Shown in pieces: positions 39,266 to 49,279 of a DNA stretch of 64,000 nt. Source of the stretch: Deltaproteobacteria bacterium. GTDB lineage: Bacteria > Desulfobacterota > Binatia > HRBIN30 > CADEER01. The notes under the pieces are model-generated. The model saw only the letters and a list, made by a program, of their open reading frames with translations. It searched no databases and was not told where the DNA came from. Positions within the stretch are counted from its first letter, which is position 1. Each line of letters starts with the position of its first letter. The DNA is taken from contig JAJCZJ010000088.1 in the NCBI GenBank assembly GCA_029262455.1, positions 270,273-334,272 on the forward strand, read 5' to 3'. The translations under genes and the position numbers were made by a program.

Positions 39266-39365
39266 CAAGGCCTCAGCATGCCGCAACCTCGACCGGCGTT
39301 TCAATCCTGACAACCCAGTCCATGACCTTTGCGGCCTACCTGCGGCGTGTATGATGGAGGTACCG

Positions 39366-39836
39366 ATGGAATCAACGGCACGCGAAATCCCAGCCGGTAG
39401 CGTCATCGTATTCTACGATGGAGTCTGCGGTTTTTGTAACCGAACCACTCAGTTCGTCGGCAGGCACGATACCGAGAATCACTTTCGCTTCGCTCCGCTC
39501 CAAGGAGGTCTCGCTGCCGAGCTCCTCCTCGCTCACGATGTAGACCCATCCGGCCTCGACACAGTGTATGTTCTCACCTCTTACGGTCTACCCGACGAGA
39601 CGGTCTACACACGAGCACACGGGATCCTCCGCATCCTCACGGAACTCGGCGGTCTCTGGCGGTTGTTCGCGATTTTTTCCTTTATACCAAAGGCTATTCT
39701 CGACCCGTTCTACCTCGCTTTCGCCAAGCGTCGCTATGACTTCTTCGGCCGGTACGATGAATGCCCTATCCCAGATCCGTCACTGCGGGCTAAGTTCGTC
39801 GACGTCGGCAACGGAAACAACGAATCCGAAGCGTAA
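39366..39836 (+). CDS. DCC1-like thiol-disulfide oxidoreductase family protein (DUF393)
   Basis: VIVFYDGVCGFCNRTTQFV is the DCC-family signature. GGAGG lies 6 nt upstream of the ATG. Confidence 0.75.
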   Translation: MESTAREIPAGSVIVFYDGVCGFCNRTTQFVGRHDTENHFRFAPLQGGLAAELLLAHDVDPSGLDTVYVLTSYGLPDETVYTRAHGILRILTELGGLWRLFAIFSFIPKAILDPFYLAFAKRRYDFFGRYDECPIPDPSLRAKFVDVGNGNNESEA

Positions 39837-39887
39837 CAATCGCCGCGCAGGAAAGTACTAGTGAAGGAACCAACAGGAGATCACTCA

Positions 39888-40868
39888 ATGGCAGTCCTGA
39901 TTCGCTCGAAGACTCCCGCAGATCTGTCCGAGCGCGACGTAACCAACGAGAAACACTACTGGCACCGCCGAGATTTTATCAAGATCGCCGGCGCAAGCGC
40001 CGCACTCGTCGGAAGTGGGTTGATCGGTTGCGAAAACGGCGGGGAGTCCGCCCAGGCGAGCGCTGAACCTCCGGCCGCCGTAACCGGCTTGACGAAATCA
40101 CCGCTGAGTACGGCTGAGGATCAGACCGACTACGCCGACGCAACGAGCTACAACAACTTCTACGAGTTCGGCACCGACAAGTCCGATCCGGCACGATACG
40201 CCCACTCGCTCGTCACCGACCCTTGGACAATTGAAATCGGCGGCGCGGTCAATAAACCCGGAAAGATCGCCCTCGAGGACCTCCTGGCGCAACACTCCCT
40301 CGAGGAACGGATCTACAGACTCCGGTGCGTCGAAGCATGGTCGATGGTCATTCCGTGGATCGGCATACCGCTGGCGTCGGTTCTCCCGCGATTTGAACCG
40401 ACCGGAAACGCGAAGTACGTCGCCTTCAAAACCCTTCACGACCCGAAACAAATGCCCGGCCAAAATCGACGCGCCCTGCAATGGCCGTACCGCGAGGGAC
40501 TTCGTATGGACGAAGCGATGCACCCTCTCACGATCCTCGCCACGGGGATGTACGGACGTGAAATGCCGAATCAGAATGGAGCCCCGCTGCGGCTGGTCGT
40601 CCCTTGGAAATACGGGTTCAAGAGTATCAAATCGATCGTCAGCATCGATTTGGTCGCGAACCAGCCTGACACCTCCTGGAACATGCAAGCCGCGCGCGAG
40701 TACGGATTCTACTCCAACGTCAACCCAGAGGTGGATCACCCGCGCTGGAGCCAGGCCAAGGAAAGACGGATCGGCGAATTCCGACGCCGTAAGACGCTGC
40801 CGTTCAACGGCTATGGGGAACAGGTCGCTTCCCTGTACAGCGGAATGGACCTCAAGAAGCACTTCTGA
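39888..40868 (+). CDS. msrP: Protein-methionine-sulfoxide reductase catalytic subunit (molybdopterin, YedY)
   Basis: Tat-like N-terminus [35 protein letters not shown] and [22 protein letters not shown]. Confidence 0.9.
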   Translation: MAVLIRSKTPADLSERDVTNEKHYWHRRDFIKIAGASAALVGSGLIGCENGGESAQASAEPPAAVTGLTKSPLSTAEDQTDYADATSYNNFYEFGTDKSDPARYAHSLVTDPWTIEIGGAVNKPGKIALEDLLAQHSLEERIYRLRCVEAWSMVIPWIGIPLASVLPRFEPTGNAKYVAFKTLHDPKQMPGQNRRALQWPYREGLRMDEAMHPLTILATGMYGREMPNQNGAPLRLVVPWKYGFKSIKSIVSIDLVANQPDTSWNMQAAREYGFYSNVNPEVDHPRWSQAKERRIGEFRRRKTLPFNGYGEQVASLYSGMDLKKHF

Positions 40869-41059
40869 CTCAGATTCGTCAAAAGGCTTGCCTCCAACCA
40901 CCGCGCGGAGTTAAAGCAGAATTCGCACTCGGCATGTAACTGTCGATATCGACGGGCTCGGCCAGGTAACCGGGGGGTCCACGGGTTCTACCCTCCGCGA
41001 CACCTGCGCCGCGCCCGTCGAAGCCGGATCTCGTGACAGTCGCACTGCGAACTTGGCCC

Positions 41060-41632
41060 ATGATCGACAAACGTTCTCAACAGCTGGCCGCAGCTGCACT
41101 TGGCCTTCTCCCCGCCACCTTTCTGCTATTCCGATTTCTCACCGACTCGCTGGGCGCCAATCCGATTGAGGAGATCACACACGAGACAGGAGAGTGGGCG
41201 CTACGGCTTCTACTCCTGAGTCTCTCCATCACTCCGCTGCGCCGGATCACCGGACGCAACTCTCTGGTGCCTTTTCGCCGAACCTTCGGCCTCTTGTCTT
41301 TTTTCTACGCACTTCTGCATTTTTCGACGTGGCTCGGTCTCGATCACTTCTTCGACTGGCAAGGGATCATCGAAGACATCTTCGAGCGGCCCTACATCAC
41401 CGCCGGCTTCACCGCATTCGCGAGTCTCACTCCACTCGCCATTACCTCGACCCGGGGCTGGATTCGCAGGCTCGGCAAAAAGTGGACTCACCTGCACCGG
41501 TTGGCCTACTTCGCGGCCATCGCGGCAGTGGTTCATTTCTGGTGGCTGGTGAAGTCAGACGTCACCGAGCCGCGCTACTACGCGGCAGCGCTGGGAGTGC
41601 TCTTGGCAGCACGCCTGGTCCCGCGCCGTTAG
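41060..41632 (+). CDS. msrQ: Protein-methionine-sulfoxide reductase heme-binding subunit (YedZ)
   Basis: Ferric-reductase-like TM protein (ALRLLLLSLSITPLRR, HRLAYFAAIAAVVHFWW), paired with msrP. Confidence 0.85.
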   Translation: MIDKRSQQLAAAALGLLPATFLLFRFLTDSLGANPIEEITHETGEWALRLLLLSLSITPLRRITGRNSLVPFRRTFGLLSFFYALLHFSTWLGLDHFFDWQGIIEDIFERPYITAGFTAFASLTPLAITSTRGWIRRLGKKWTHLHRLAYFAAIAAVVHFWWLVKSDVTEPRYYAAALGVLLAARLVPRR

Positions 41633-41733
41633 CAGCCCGTCGAAAGTGGACACGCGCTTTTCAAGTGACCGTCAGGCGACGGGGCGCGGCCGAGGCCATT
41701 CGTTGCACCCGCGAGACCGGGAAGCTCTAAGAC

Positions 41734-43089
41734 CTAACGCCGACGCGGAGGCCTCGCGGGCGGGACCGGACGCTCCGGGCGCGGTGGCCGCTCGGGACGT
41801 TGCGGTCTTGCCGGCCGCTGTGGGCGCTCAACGCGAGCCGGCCGTTGGGCGCGAGCCGGAAGATCAGGGTGCCGGTCCTGTCGCGCCCTGGGAGGGGACG
41901 CCGGCCGAAGCCCGTCTCCATTCGTCGGTCGATGGCGGCCAGAGCCAACGCCCGCAGCCGCTCCATCCAAACCCCTGTCGGTTTCGTCAGGTCGGCCCCG
42001 CAGGGCCCCGCCACGGTGCTGTCTTGCCGGAGGATGCTTCAGCGGCGTCAACCGTTCCACCACCGGTACGGCGCCATCCAACCGCGCATCGATTCGCACT
42101 CGCTCGCCACTTTGAAGCTCGACACCGGGAGCGGCAACGTCAATCCGCACTCCTCCCACCGCCGCGAACGAACGGCCATCGATGCGCCGTACAACCGCTT
42201 CGATCTGGACCCGCTCGACTCGCCCATCAAACAGCCGGCGCGGGGCAACATGGAATTCATCGGCCTGCAGACGACCACCGATCCAACGTCCGACCACTTC
42301 GACCTCACGACCGAGGTCCGGCGAATCGCGTCCCCCGGCCCAGGAAATAACCGTGCCTCCCACCGTCCACTTCCCGACCTGCGCCGCGGTCACGACGCCG
42401 CGCACGTAGGAAGGCGCAGCTGCATCGATCCGCTCAACTCGCGAGGCAACGAGAGCCCGCTCGCCGACGCGCAGACCGCTGACGCGAACCGCTTCACCAA
42501 CACGATACTCCAACACGTCCGCCTTGCTTGGCTCGCCGGCGCGACCTTCCCAAGTCCCGGCGTCGAGACGGATCGTCTCGCCGAGCACCGTCAATTCACC
42601 GCGACTCGGATCGATCGCCGAGATCGGCCCAGACACCTCGTGGCGGACCTCAATGCGCTGTGCCTGCAAGGTACCGCCTCGGCTCGGTGACGCCACCACT
42701 TCCACCACCTGGCCGACAGCGAGATCCGCAACCCCCAGTCCTGAAACGATTGTCGTGGCGCCGTCGTAGTGAATCTCCGTACCGCCGACACAGATACTGG
42801 CGAATCCGGTCACGGTGCCGAGGACACCGACCTTGGCCGACTCGACGCCGGTCCCACCGATACCGCCTTCATCGGGTTCGTTAGGACCGCGACCGGTTCC
42901 GCCGATGCCGTCGGCGCTATCGTCTTCGATACCGGTACCGCCGACGCCGTCGGCGGTGGCTGCGATCGGGGTCAGTCGACCCCCATCGGCACACGGATTG
43001 TCGACAGCAGCGACTGACGCAACAATGGTCACGCTCACAAACGTCCACAACAACGTATACCGGGCGAGCGTCACGAACTCAGCTTTCAC
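41734..43089 (-). CDS. DUF5666-domain secreted protein with N-terminal GIGGTG repeats and a C-terminal Pro/Arg-rich tail
   Basis: Signal/TM segment, GVGGTG/GIGGTG x3, repeated VSGxIxxIDxxxGxLTVLGxxIxxDxxT modules and an RPARPQRPERPPRPERP tail. Confidence 0.6.
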   Translation of the reverse strand: MKAEFVTLARYTLLWTFVSVTIVASVAAVDNPCADGGRLTPIAATADGVGGTGIEDDSADGIGGTGRGPNEPDEGGIGGTGVESAKVGVLGTVTGFASICVGGTEIHYDGATTIVSGLGVADLAVGQVVEVVASPSRGGTLQAQRIEVRHEVSGPISAIDPSRGELTVLGETIRLDAGTWEGRAGEPSKADVLEYRVGEAVRVSGLRVGERALVASRVERIDAAAPSYVRGVVTAAQVGKWTVGGTVISWAGGRDSPDLGREVEVVGRWIGGRLQADEFHVAPRRLFDGRVERVQIEAVVRRIDGRSFAAVGGVRIDVAAPGVELQSGERVRIDARLDGAVPVVERLTPLKHPPARQHRGGALRGRPDETDRGLDGAAAGVGSGRHRPTNGDGLRPASPPRARQDRHPDLPARAQRPARVERPQRPARPQRPERPPRPERPVPPARPPRRR

Positions 43090-43948
43090 TCTCGTCTTGC
43101 GAATCCGGCTTCATATCCTCGGAGAAGAAGTAGACGCCGAAATTGATTCGATGTTTTGCCCCGTCCTGCTCGCCATCGCGCCGTTGGAGCTCGGCAGCGC
43201 GCTCGTTCACCGCTCGCAATCCCCGCATCCCCTCTGTGCGCGCAAGCTCTTCGAGTTCACGCACTGACTCGGCGCTTAGATTGTTGTAGTAGACACTTCG
43301 CTCGAGCAGCGGATCGCCTTCGGCCAACAGATTGTGCGCGCCTGCGGCGATGTGATCGTGAAGGTTGCGACCGAAGTAGTAGGAGAGTTCCTCTTCGCCC
43401 TGGGCCGGGACAAAGGCGTCCACGTCGAGATGCACGACGTCCTCGCCATCCACATGCACCAAGCCCAGCCGCTCCCATTCATCGAGGACAACGCGGGGTC
43501 GAATGTCCGTACTGACCGAACGAACCAACGTCTCGAACGTTGCAGGTTTCGCCTCGGCGGACGCGTAAGCAAGGGCCCGCGGCGCTCCCTGAGGGTCGAC
43601 GTACTCCGGCAACGTCGTCCAACGCGAGACCAGCTGAACCCCGAGAGTCGCACTCTTCGGAGCCCGGAACGCGGGCGAAGCACGTCGGCGCAAACGCTTC
43701 ACCTCGCGCCGGTGAACGCCCGTCAATAAGCTGACCCGACTATCCGTCTGCGGCTTTCCCTCGATGCGAAAGTCGTTGCTCGCCACATCGACGTAAACCC
43801 ATCGGAGCAGGTCGGCGAAGTTCGTGTACGGAATCGACCGAGCAACCAAGAGCCGTACGAGAGGCCGCAACATTCTGCGCAATGCCCGCATCAGGGGCGC
43901 GCCTTCGTCGCTTTGAACTGCTGTTGGCCTCTCCATCCTTCGTTCCAC
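43079..43948 (-). CDS. Hypothetical conserved protein
   Basis: 289-aa ORF with coding-like composition, co-directional with the DUF5666 gene and overlapping it by 11 nt. Confidence 0.5.
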   Translation of the reverse strand: MERRMERPTAVQSDEGAPLMRALRRMLRPLVRLLVARSIPYTNFADLLRWVYVDVASNDFRIEGKPQTDSRVSLLTGVHRREVKRLRRRASPAFRAPKSATLGVQLVSRWTTLPEYVDPQGAPRALAYASAEAKPATFETLVRSVSTDIRPRVVLDEWERLGLVHVDGEDVVHLDVDAFVPAQGEEELSYYFGRNLHDHIAAGAHNLLAEGDPLLERSVYYNNLSAESVRELEELARTEGMRGLRAVNERAAELQRRDGEQDGAKHRINFGVYFFSEDMKPDSQDESES

Positions 43949-43988
43949 TCGATCTTCCTACCATGGAGATTTTTCTTATTCTAGATTG

Positions 43989-44038
43989 ACGTGGGACATT
44001 ATTCCACATACAAGTACGGCGTGGGATAAAATCCCACG
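43989..44038. promoter_or_regulatory. Operator-like site: half-site ACGTGGGA (43989-43996) plus perfect inverted repeat ACGTGGGA-TAAAA-TCCCACGT (~44018-44038) in an AT-richer divergent intergenic region
   Basis: Seen directly in the sequence: 8-bp arms, 5-bp spacer, ~65 nt upstream of the ATG at 44102. Confidence 0.45.
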
Positions 44039-44101
44039 TAGAACCGAGGGGTCGGCATGGTGCCGGCGCCGCAGGACAACTAGCCCCAGGAGGTATTGGG
44101 A

Positions 44102-44527
44102 ATGAAAATCAGTATTCGAGGACTCGCTCTGATCAGTTTGGCAGTGGCCGCACTACTCGCGACACCTGCATTCGCACAGGACGGAATCGACAATGAGTGC
44201 GTCGCGTCCTGTCGCGACGAACACCGCGACTGTCGATTCGACGCCCGCGAGGCTGCCTCGCAATGCCTCGAAGAGGCCGGTTGCACGGCCCTACGCGAGG
44301 ACTACCGAGCCGCGTGCTTCTCCGACGACCGCGACGAAGACGTCTGCGCAGCCGCTCGCGGTGCTTACCGTGAATGCAAAGAGCCTTGCCGAGACGAACA
44401 ACGCGACGCGGCCGGTGAGTGCCGTGACGAAATCACCTCGTGCCTGGCAGACGAATGCGGAATCGACGAACCACTACGACGCCCTGGTCGTCGCGGTGGG
44501 CGCCGAGGGTTCGGCGGCAGACGCTAG
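44102..44527 (+). CDS. Small secreted acidic Cys-rich protein with a C-terminal RGG-like basic tail
   Basis: AGGAGG lies 8 nt upstream. Signal peptide MKISIRGLALISLAVAALLATPAFA, 12 Cys in repeated CRDE/CxxEC contexts, and the tail RRPGRRGGRRGFGGRR. Confidence 0.55.
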   Translation: MKISIRGLALISLAVAALLATPAFAQDGIDNECVASCRDEHRDCRFDAREAASQCLEEAGCTALREDYRAACFSDDRDEDVCAAARGAYRECKEPCRDEQRDAAGECRDEITSCLADECGIDEPLRRPGRRGGRRGFGGRR

Positions 44528-44542
44528 CCGAACCACCCACTC

Positions 44543-44590
44543 CAGCCGGGGCGGTGCTGCCCCCTCCCTGATAAGCGCCGCCCCGGCTGG
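44543..44590 (+). terminator. Strong GC hairpin (13-bp perfect arms CCAGCCGGGGCGG / CCGCCCCGGCTGG) between the Cys-rich gene and the outer-membrane-barrel gene
   Basis: Seen directly in the sequence. There is no clear U-tract, so it may be an attenuator or stabiliser rather than a full terminator. Confidence 0.4.
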
Positions 44591-44669
44591 AGCCCCCCCA
44601 ACGGCCTCGGCCGAAAGAAAATGTACGCAACGATTTGAACCACACCCGACCGACTGACAGGTTGCCGGG

Positions 44670-45446
44670 ATGTCGATGATGGTAGCGATAGCGTTCGTGC
44701 TCCTGTCATCTGCAACCTGCATTCTCGCCGACGAGGAAGAGGTGGGTAGCGCGCTACAACTGTCCGGCAGCCTCGGCTACCACTATTCGACGGGAAAGTA
44801 CGGAAGCAGCGAACGAACAGACATCTCGTTCGTGCCGCTCACCCTGACCGCCCGCGATGTCAGCTGGATGGCGCGCCTAACACTTCCGTACATCAACGTA
44901 AGTGGACTGCCCGCGCTCGACGGGACGGCGGTCGGGGACACGGTCGTCACCGGCACCGGAAGCGGTATCGGCGACATTGTCCTCGAAGGCGTCTACACCG
45001 TCACACCTCTCGAAGACTGGATGCCGTACTTGGATGTTGGCGCACGCGTCAAGTTCCCAACCGCCGATGACGAGCGCGGCCTGGGAACCGGCAAATTCGA
45101 CTATCAACTCAATCTCGAAGTCGCACGCGTCTTCGGCAACGTGACACCGTTCGCTTCCGTCGGCTATCGCTTCGTCGGCGACCCCGCCAGCTTCGACCTA
45201 CGCAATGTTTGGCTCGCTTCGGTCGGCACTGTGCTCCAGGTCGCCTCGGGCGTAAACGCTGGGGCGTTTCTCTTTTACCAACAGTCAGCCTCGACGACAT
45301 CCGAAGACCAACTCGACATCATGCCGTACATCGACTGGAAACCGACGACCGACTGGTCGATCTCGCTCTACACGACCGCCGGCCTACAAGACGGCAGCCC
45401 GGACTTCGGTACCGGAGTGCAGCTGACCTATTCCGTTGGTCGATAG
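44670..45446 (+). CDS. Outer-membrane beta-barrel protein (MetA-pathway/phenol-degradation-like OMP family)
   Basis: Signal peptide, alternating amphipathic beta-strands, a C-terminal aromatic-rich last strand (QLTYSVGR) and family-like LSGSLGYHYSTGKY. Confidence 0.6.
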   Translation: MSMMVAIAFVLLSSATCILADEEEVGSALQLSGSLGYHYSTGKYGSSERTDISFVPLTLTARDVSWMARLTLPYINVSGLPALDGTAVGDTVVTGTGSGIGDIVLEGVYTVTPLEDWMPYLDVGARVKFPTADDERGLGTGKFDYQLNLEVARVFGNVTPFASVGYRFVGDPASFDLRNVWLASVGTVLQVASGVNAGAFLFYQQSASTTSEDQLDIMPYIDWKPTTDWSISLYTTAGLQDGSPDFGTGVQLTYSVGR

Positions 45447-45448
45447 AA

Positions 45449-47035
45449 TTAGCGACCTCGCTTCTTCTTCGCCGCAGCTCTCGTTCCTTTTCGTTTCGCT
45501 GCGGTTTTCTTCGTCGCTACCCTTTTCTTCGCGCTACGCACCGGCAACTGCCGCACCTTCTTAGCCCCTTTGGACCCCGCCGCCTTGGCCACTTTTGGCC
45601 CGTCCGCAGCATTCTCCCGCTTTGCTACCGGGCGCAGCGATGCAAGTTTGAGCAGTGCCTGAAAAGCCGAGCGAACCTCCTGAACAAAGACCGGAAGATC
45701 TGTGACCAGGTCCGGATCACAATTGAAGCCCCAAAAAATCTTGCCGTTGTAACTGACCAGCGCGATCCCAAGCCCGGTATTCTCCAACAACGGGACTTGA
45801 GGAAACATCTCCAAGAGCTCCGCCCCCATGTTGTAGAGCGGCATCTGGGGGCCCGGAACATTTGTCACGATCATGTTGATGGGGCCGGAAGTAGCCTGAG
45901 AACCCAGTGATAGCAGCTGGGCCGGGGCCCATTCGGCAGCGGCCATGAGCATTTGCACGCCGAGCGCTTGCTTGGAGGTCTTCAACTCCTCGGTGCGCTT
46001 ATGCAGCGCCCGCAACTGTTCTAGGGGATCGGCACAGCCGAGTGGCAGCTGAAGAATCCAGCTCGAAACCTTATTGCCCAGTTGTCCTCGATCTTCTTCG
46101 CGGCGAACACTCACAGGCGCTGACACGCGAAAATCGAGCGAGGCAGGGTCCACCCTGCGCCGCACCATGTAGCTGCGAACCGCTCCGGTGACCGTCGCCA
46201 AGACGACATCGTTGACGGTGCACCCCAGCGCACGCCGTACAGACTTGACCTCCTCGAGATCCATCTGCAGCCAGTCGAGATAACGGTGCGGTCCGAGTTC
46301 GCCATTCAGCGGCGTATCCGACGCACCGCTGATCGCATATCCCGCCAGCTCCTGCAGAGCCTTCAGCCTCAGCGTCAGATCGTCGCGGATCGACCCCGCC
46401 TCATCGGTGAGCGAACGGATCCCACGCAGTGCTTGCAGCGGGAGACTCAAACGCCGTGCCAGCTGATCGGCGAAAAGCTCAGATCCGCGCGGTGCAGGGC
46501 GCGGGATGTACGGCAACGGGTCCGGCAGACTTCGATCGCGCGTCGTCGACATCATGATCTGCGCCAAGTCGACGCCAGAGCTGCCGTCGATCATGCAATG
46601 GTGAATCTTGGTCACGACTGCGAAGCGATCATCCTCCAGCCCCTCGATAACCCAATACTCCCAAAGCGGCTTTCCACGATCCAACTGCTGCGCCATGATC
46701 CTCGCCCCGAGGCGCTTCAGCTGATCGATCGATCCAGGGCGGGGCAGGCTCGTATGGCGAACGTGGTACTCTAAATCAAAACGATCATCGTCGACCCAAA
46801 CCGGAACACCCGCGACCGGAACCCACTGCAAGACTTGCCGATAACGCGGGATGAGATGCAGTACGGCCTCGATGGAGCGTCGAATCGAGGCGAAGTCGAT
46901 GCCACCTTCCGCGGTGCGCAACGGTCCAGCTTCGTAGATCGAGGTCGCCGCCACGTGCATGTGGACGTTGGGCCTCTCCATGGCCAAGAACGAGTGGTCC
47001 TGGGCCGACAATCGGTCGAAGCTATAACTGGGCAT
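45449..47035 (-). CDS. Wax ester synthase/diacylglycerol acyltransferase (WS/DGAT) with a Lys/Ala-rich histone-like C-terminal tail
   Basis: Catalytic HHCMIDGSSG (HHxxxDG) and WS/DGAT N- and C-terminal blocks. A ~55-aa tail (KAAGSKGAKKVRQ...KKTAAKRKGTRAAAKKKRGR). GGAGG RBS before the ATG at 47035. Confidence 0.85.
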   Translation of the reverse strand: MPSYSFDRLSAQDHSFLAMERPNVHMHVAATSIYEAGPLRTAEGGIDFASIRRSIEAVLHLIPRYRQVLQWVPVAGVPVWVDDDRFDLEYHVRHTSLPRPGSIDQLKRLGARIMAQQLDRGKPLWEYWVIEGLEDDRFAVVTKIHHCMIDGSSGVDLAQIMMSTTRDRSLPDPLPYIPRPAPRGSELFADQLARRLSLPLQALRGIRSLTDEAGSIRDDLTLRLKALQELAGYAISGASDTPLNGELGPHRYLDWLQMDLEEVKSVRRALGCTVNDVVLATVTGAVRSYMVRRRVDPASLDFRVSAPVSVRREEDRGQLGNKVSSWILQLPLGCADPLEQLRALHKRTEELKTSKQALGVQMLMAAAEWAPAQLLSLGSQATSGPINMIVTNVPGPQMPLYNMGAELLEMFPQVPLLENTGLGIALVSYNGKIFWGFNCDPDLVTDLPVFVQEVRSAFQALLKLASLRPVAKRENAADGPKVAKAAGSKGAKKVRQLPVRSAKKRVATKKTAAKRKGTRAAAKKKRGR

Positions 47036-47280
47036 GACGTACCTCCTAGTGAATCGAGCCGCATGAACGACCAAACACCGATCAGCATCTCCTGAACAGG
47101 CAGAAGAATCATGGCGGCGCCACGCTGGCAAGCCACCGATCCGGCCGTCCAATCCATTATGCTCCTCCTGACAAGACCTGAATATCTCTTCACGACCGGG
47201 CTACCTGCGATTTCATGTGGACGACCAGCAAATGCGCCGGTAGTTTCTAAAGCGTTTGGCTTCCCAAACACCGATCCCCC

Positions 47281-49149
47281 ATGGAAGAAGACCGAAAAGC
47301 CAACTCTTTGCTGCCTCCGATGCCGCTCGATTCCGAGCGGCTCGACCCATTGTCGAGCGCTGAACTAGAGGAACAACGGTCAGCTCTCGCTGAACGTCTG
47401 CAGAAAAGCCTCGATGCGCGCGAGTTCGACGGTCTTGTAGAGCTCGCGCAACAACTCGCCGACATGGAGCTTACTCTCGGTATGCGCGACGCTGCGCTAG
47501 GTAGCTACCGCCGGGCCTCCCAACTCCTCCGGGATCAGGGGAATATCGCGGGTCTGGCCGCCAACCTTTACGCAATCGCCGAAATCGAGCGGGCAAAGGG
47601 GCGCTATGGCGAGGCCGAAACGAGCTACGTCGAAGCCGGCGTCGCTTACCGTGAGGCCGAAGATCCCTGTGCCCGCATCACATGCCTCCTGTGCGCCGGC
47701 GAGATGCGTGCTCTTACCAATCGCGCCGAAGCCGCAATCGATCTTTACGGCCAGGCCACTACGATTGCCGAAGAACTTCAGATCCCCTTGGCGCGAGCAT
47801 ATCTGCTCCTGCGAACGGCAGAGTCATTGGTAAGCGTCGACCCGGAGGGAGCCAAGGCCCAGTTTGCAGAGGCCGAGAAGCTCTTCGTTCAAGTCGACAA
47901 AGACATCACCATCGACCCCGGCGATCGCGTCGCGAATCCAACTCTCCCGACATCAAGAAGCGATCTGCGTAAGTTTGAGCCCTGGGTCCTAGCCAAACTC
48001 TGCAAATTCAAATCCGAGCAACCGAACTTCGGCGCAGCGCCGAAGGCAACGAAGCTGGCTCCGCCGAAGGCGTCCGCAAACGACCAAAAGAAGCTCATGG
48101 GAATGGGCGCACTAGCCGCAGCAATGCTCTTGTTCGCGTTGGGCTACCCGATGCTGACCTCGACCAACGACTTCACGACCAGCGGCTCGGGCACCAGCGC
48201 CGTCCCGGCAAGACCGGCCCAGCCACCCGCGGCCGAACGAGCCGTCGGCTTTCGCAACAAGGCGGCTGCCGCTTTCACCGCCGGTGACTCGGAGAAGGCT
48301 CGGGAGCTCTACGCGCAAGCCCTCGCTCTGTTTGAAAAGCTGAGGAATCGCAAAGGTCAGGCTACCGTCCTGCTCGCCCTCGCAAAGATCGAGGAGAGCG
48401 TCCCCGAGGAAAGCGGCGACCGGTCCGAGCGCGTGCGCGAACTCTACCAACAAGCACTCGCCTTGTTCGTGGCAGTTGGGAATACCAAGGGGCGGGCGGA
48501 GTCAATCGCAGCCATCGTCGAGATCGACGAAGCGGGACAGGACCGCGCACGAATGCGGTCAAGCTACGAACACGCCCTGAGTCTCTACGAGTTTCAGGAT
48601 GATCTCGACGCACAGATTCAAACCCTGCAGCGAATCGCCGCACTCGACCTGCAAGAGAAAGATCTCGCACAATCACACGAGACCCTGTTGCACCTGCTCC
48701 AGCTCCAGGAAAGCGCAAACACGACCCGCGGCGTCGCAACCACCCTCGAGCGTCTCGCAGCAATCGAGGCCATCACCGACAGCGAGCACAAAGCGCGTAT
48801 CAAGCTCGAGCGCGCATACACCCTGCATCGCGAGAACAACCACATCGAGGGGCAAGCGCGTTCGCTGATCGCCCTTGGCGACCTCGACATGTCAGGAAAG
48901 AACCCCCGTCAAGCCCGCGCGTCCTACCGGCAGGCGCTTAGTCTCGTCGACAACTCCGGTCTCGATTCGCAACGCGAAGCACTCGTCAAGCTCGGCAACG
49001 CAGAGATCACGCTTGGCCGAAACGACCGCGCCGCCGAACTCTTCCAACGGGCGTTCGAGAGCTGCGCATCCAGCGAAGATGCCGACTGTACCGCAACTGT
49101 CCAATCGCACATCGACGGCGCCGTCCCGGAGGTAGCGACCCTCGGTTGA
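47281..49149 (+). CDS. TPR-repeat protein with a central transmembrane segment
   Basis: N-terminal and C-terminal TPR-like repeats flank the hydrophobic segment ALAAAMLLFALGYPMLTST. Confidence 0.6.
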   Translation: MEEDRKANSLLPPMPLDSERLDPLSSAELEEQRSALAERLQKSLDAREFDGLVELAQQLADMELTLGMRDAALGSYRRASQLLRDQGNIAGLAANLYAIAEIERAKGRYGEAETSYVEAGVAYREAEDPCARITCLLCAGEMRALTNRAEAAIDLYGQATTIAEELQIPLARAYLLLRTAESLVSVDPEGAKAQFAEAEKLFVQVDKDITIDPGDRVANPTLPTSRSDLRKFEPWVLAKLCKFKSEQPNFGAAPKATKLAPPKASANDQKKLMGMGALAAAMLLFALGYPMLTSTNDFTTSGSGTSAVPARPAQPPAAERAVGFRNKAAAAFTAGDSEKARELYAQALALFEKLRNRKGQATVLLALAKIEESVPEESGDRSERVRELYQQALALFVAVGNTKGRAESIAAIVEIDEAGQDRARMRSSYEHALSLYEFQDDLDAQIQTLQRIAALDLQEKDLAQSHETLLHLLQLQESANTTRGVATTLERLAAIEAITDSEHKARIKLERAYTLHRENNHIEGQARSLIALGDLDMSGKNPRQARASYRQALSLVDNSGLDSQREALVKLGNAEITLGRNDRAAELFQRAFESCASSEDADCTATVQSHIDGAVPEVATLG

Positions 49150-49279
49150 AGCAGGATTTTCACCGAGAAGCCTCCCATCGCCACCTCGGCACAGCGCTTG
49201 AGGCTTTACCTCGACCTCGGGGCACCATACGATGCCAGGTTCCATTTCGGGGCCATTCTAAACCAGACGAGGTCGGACG

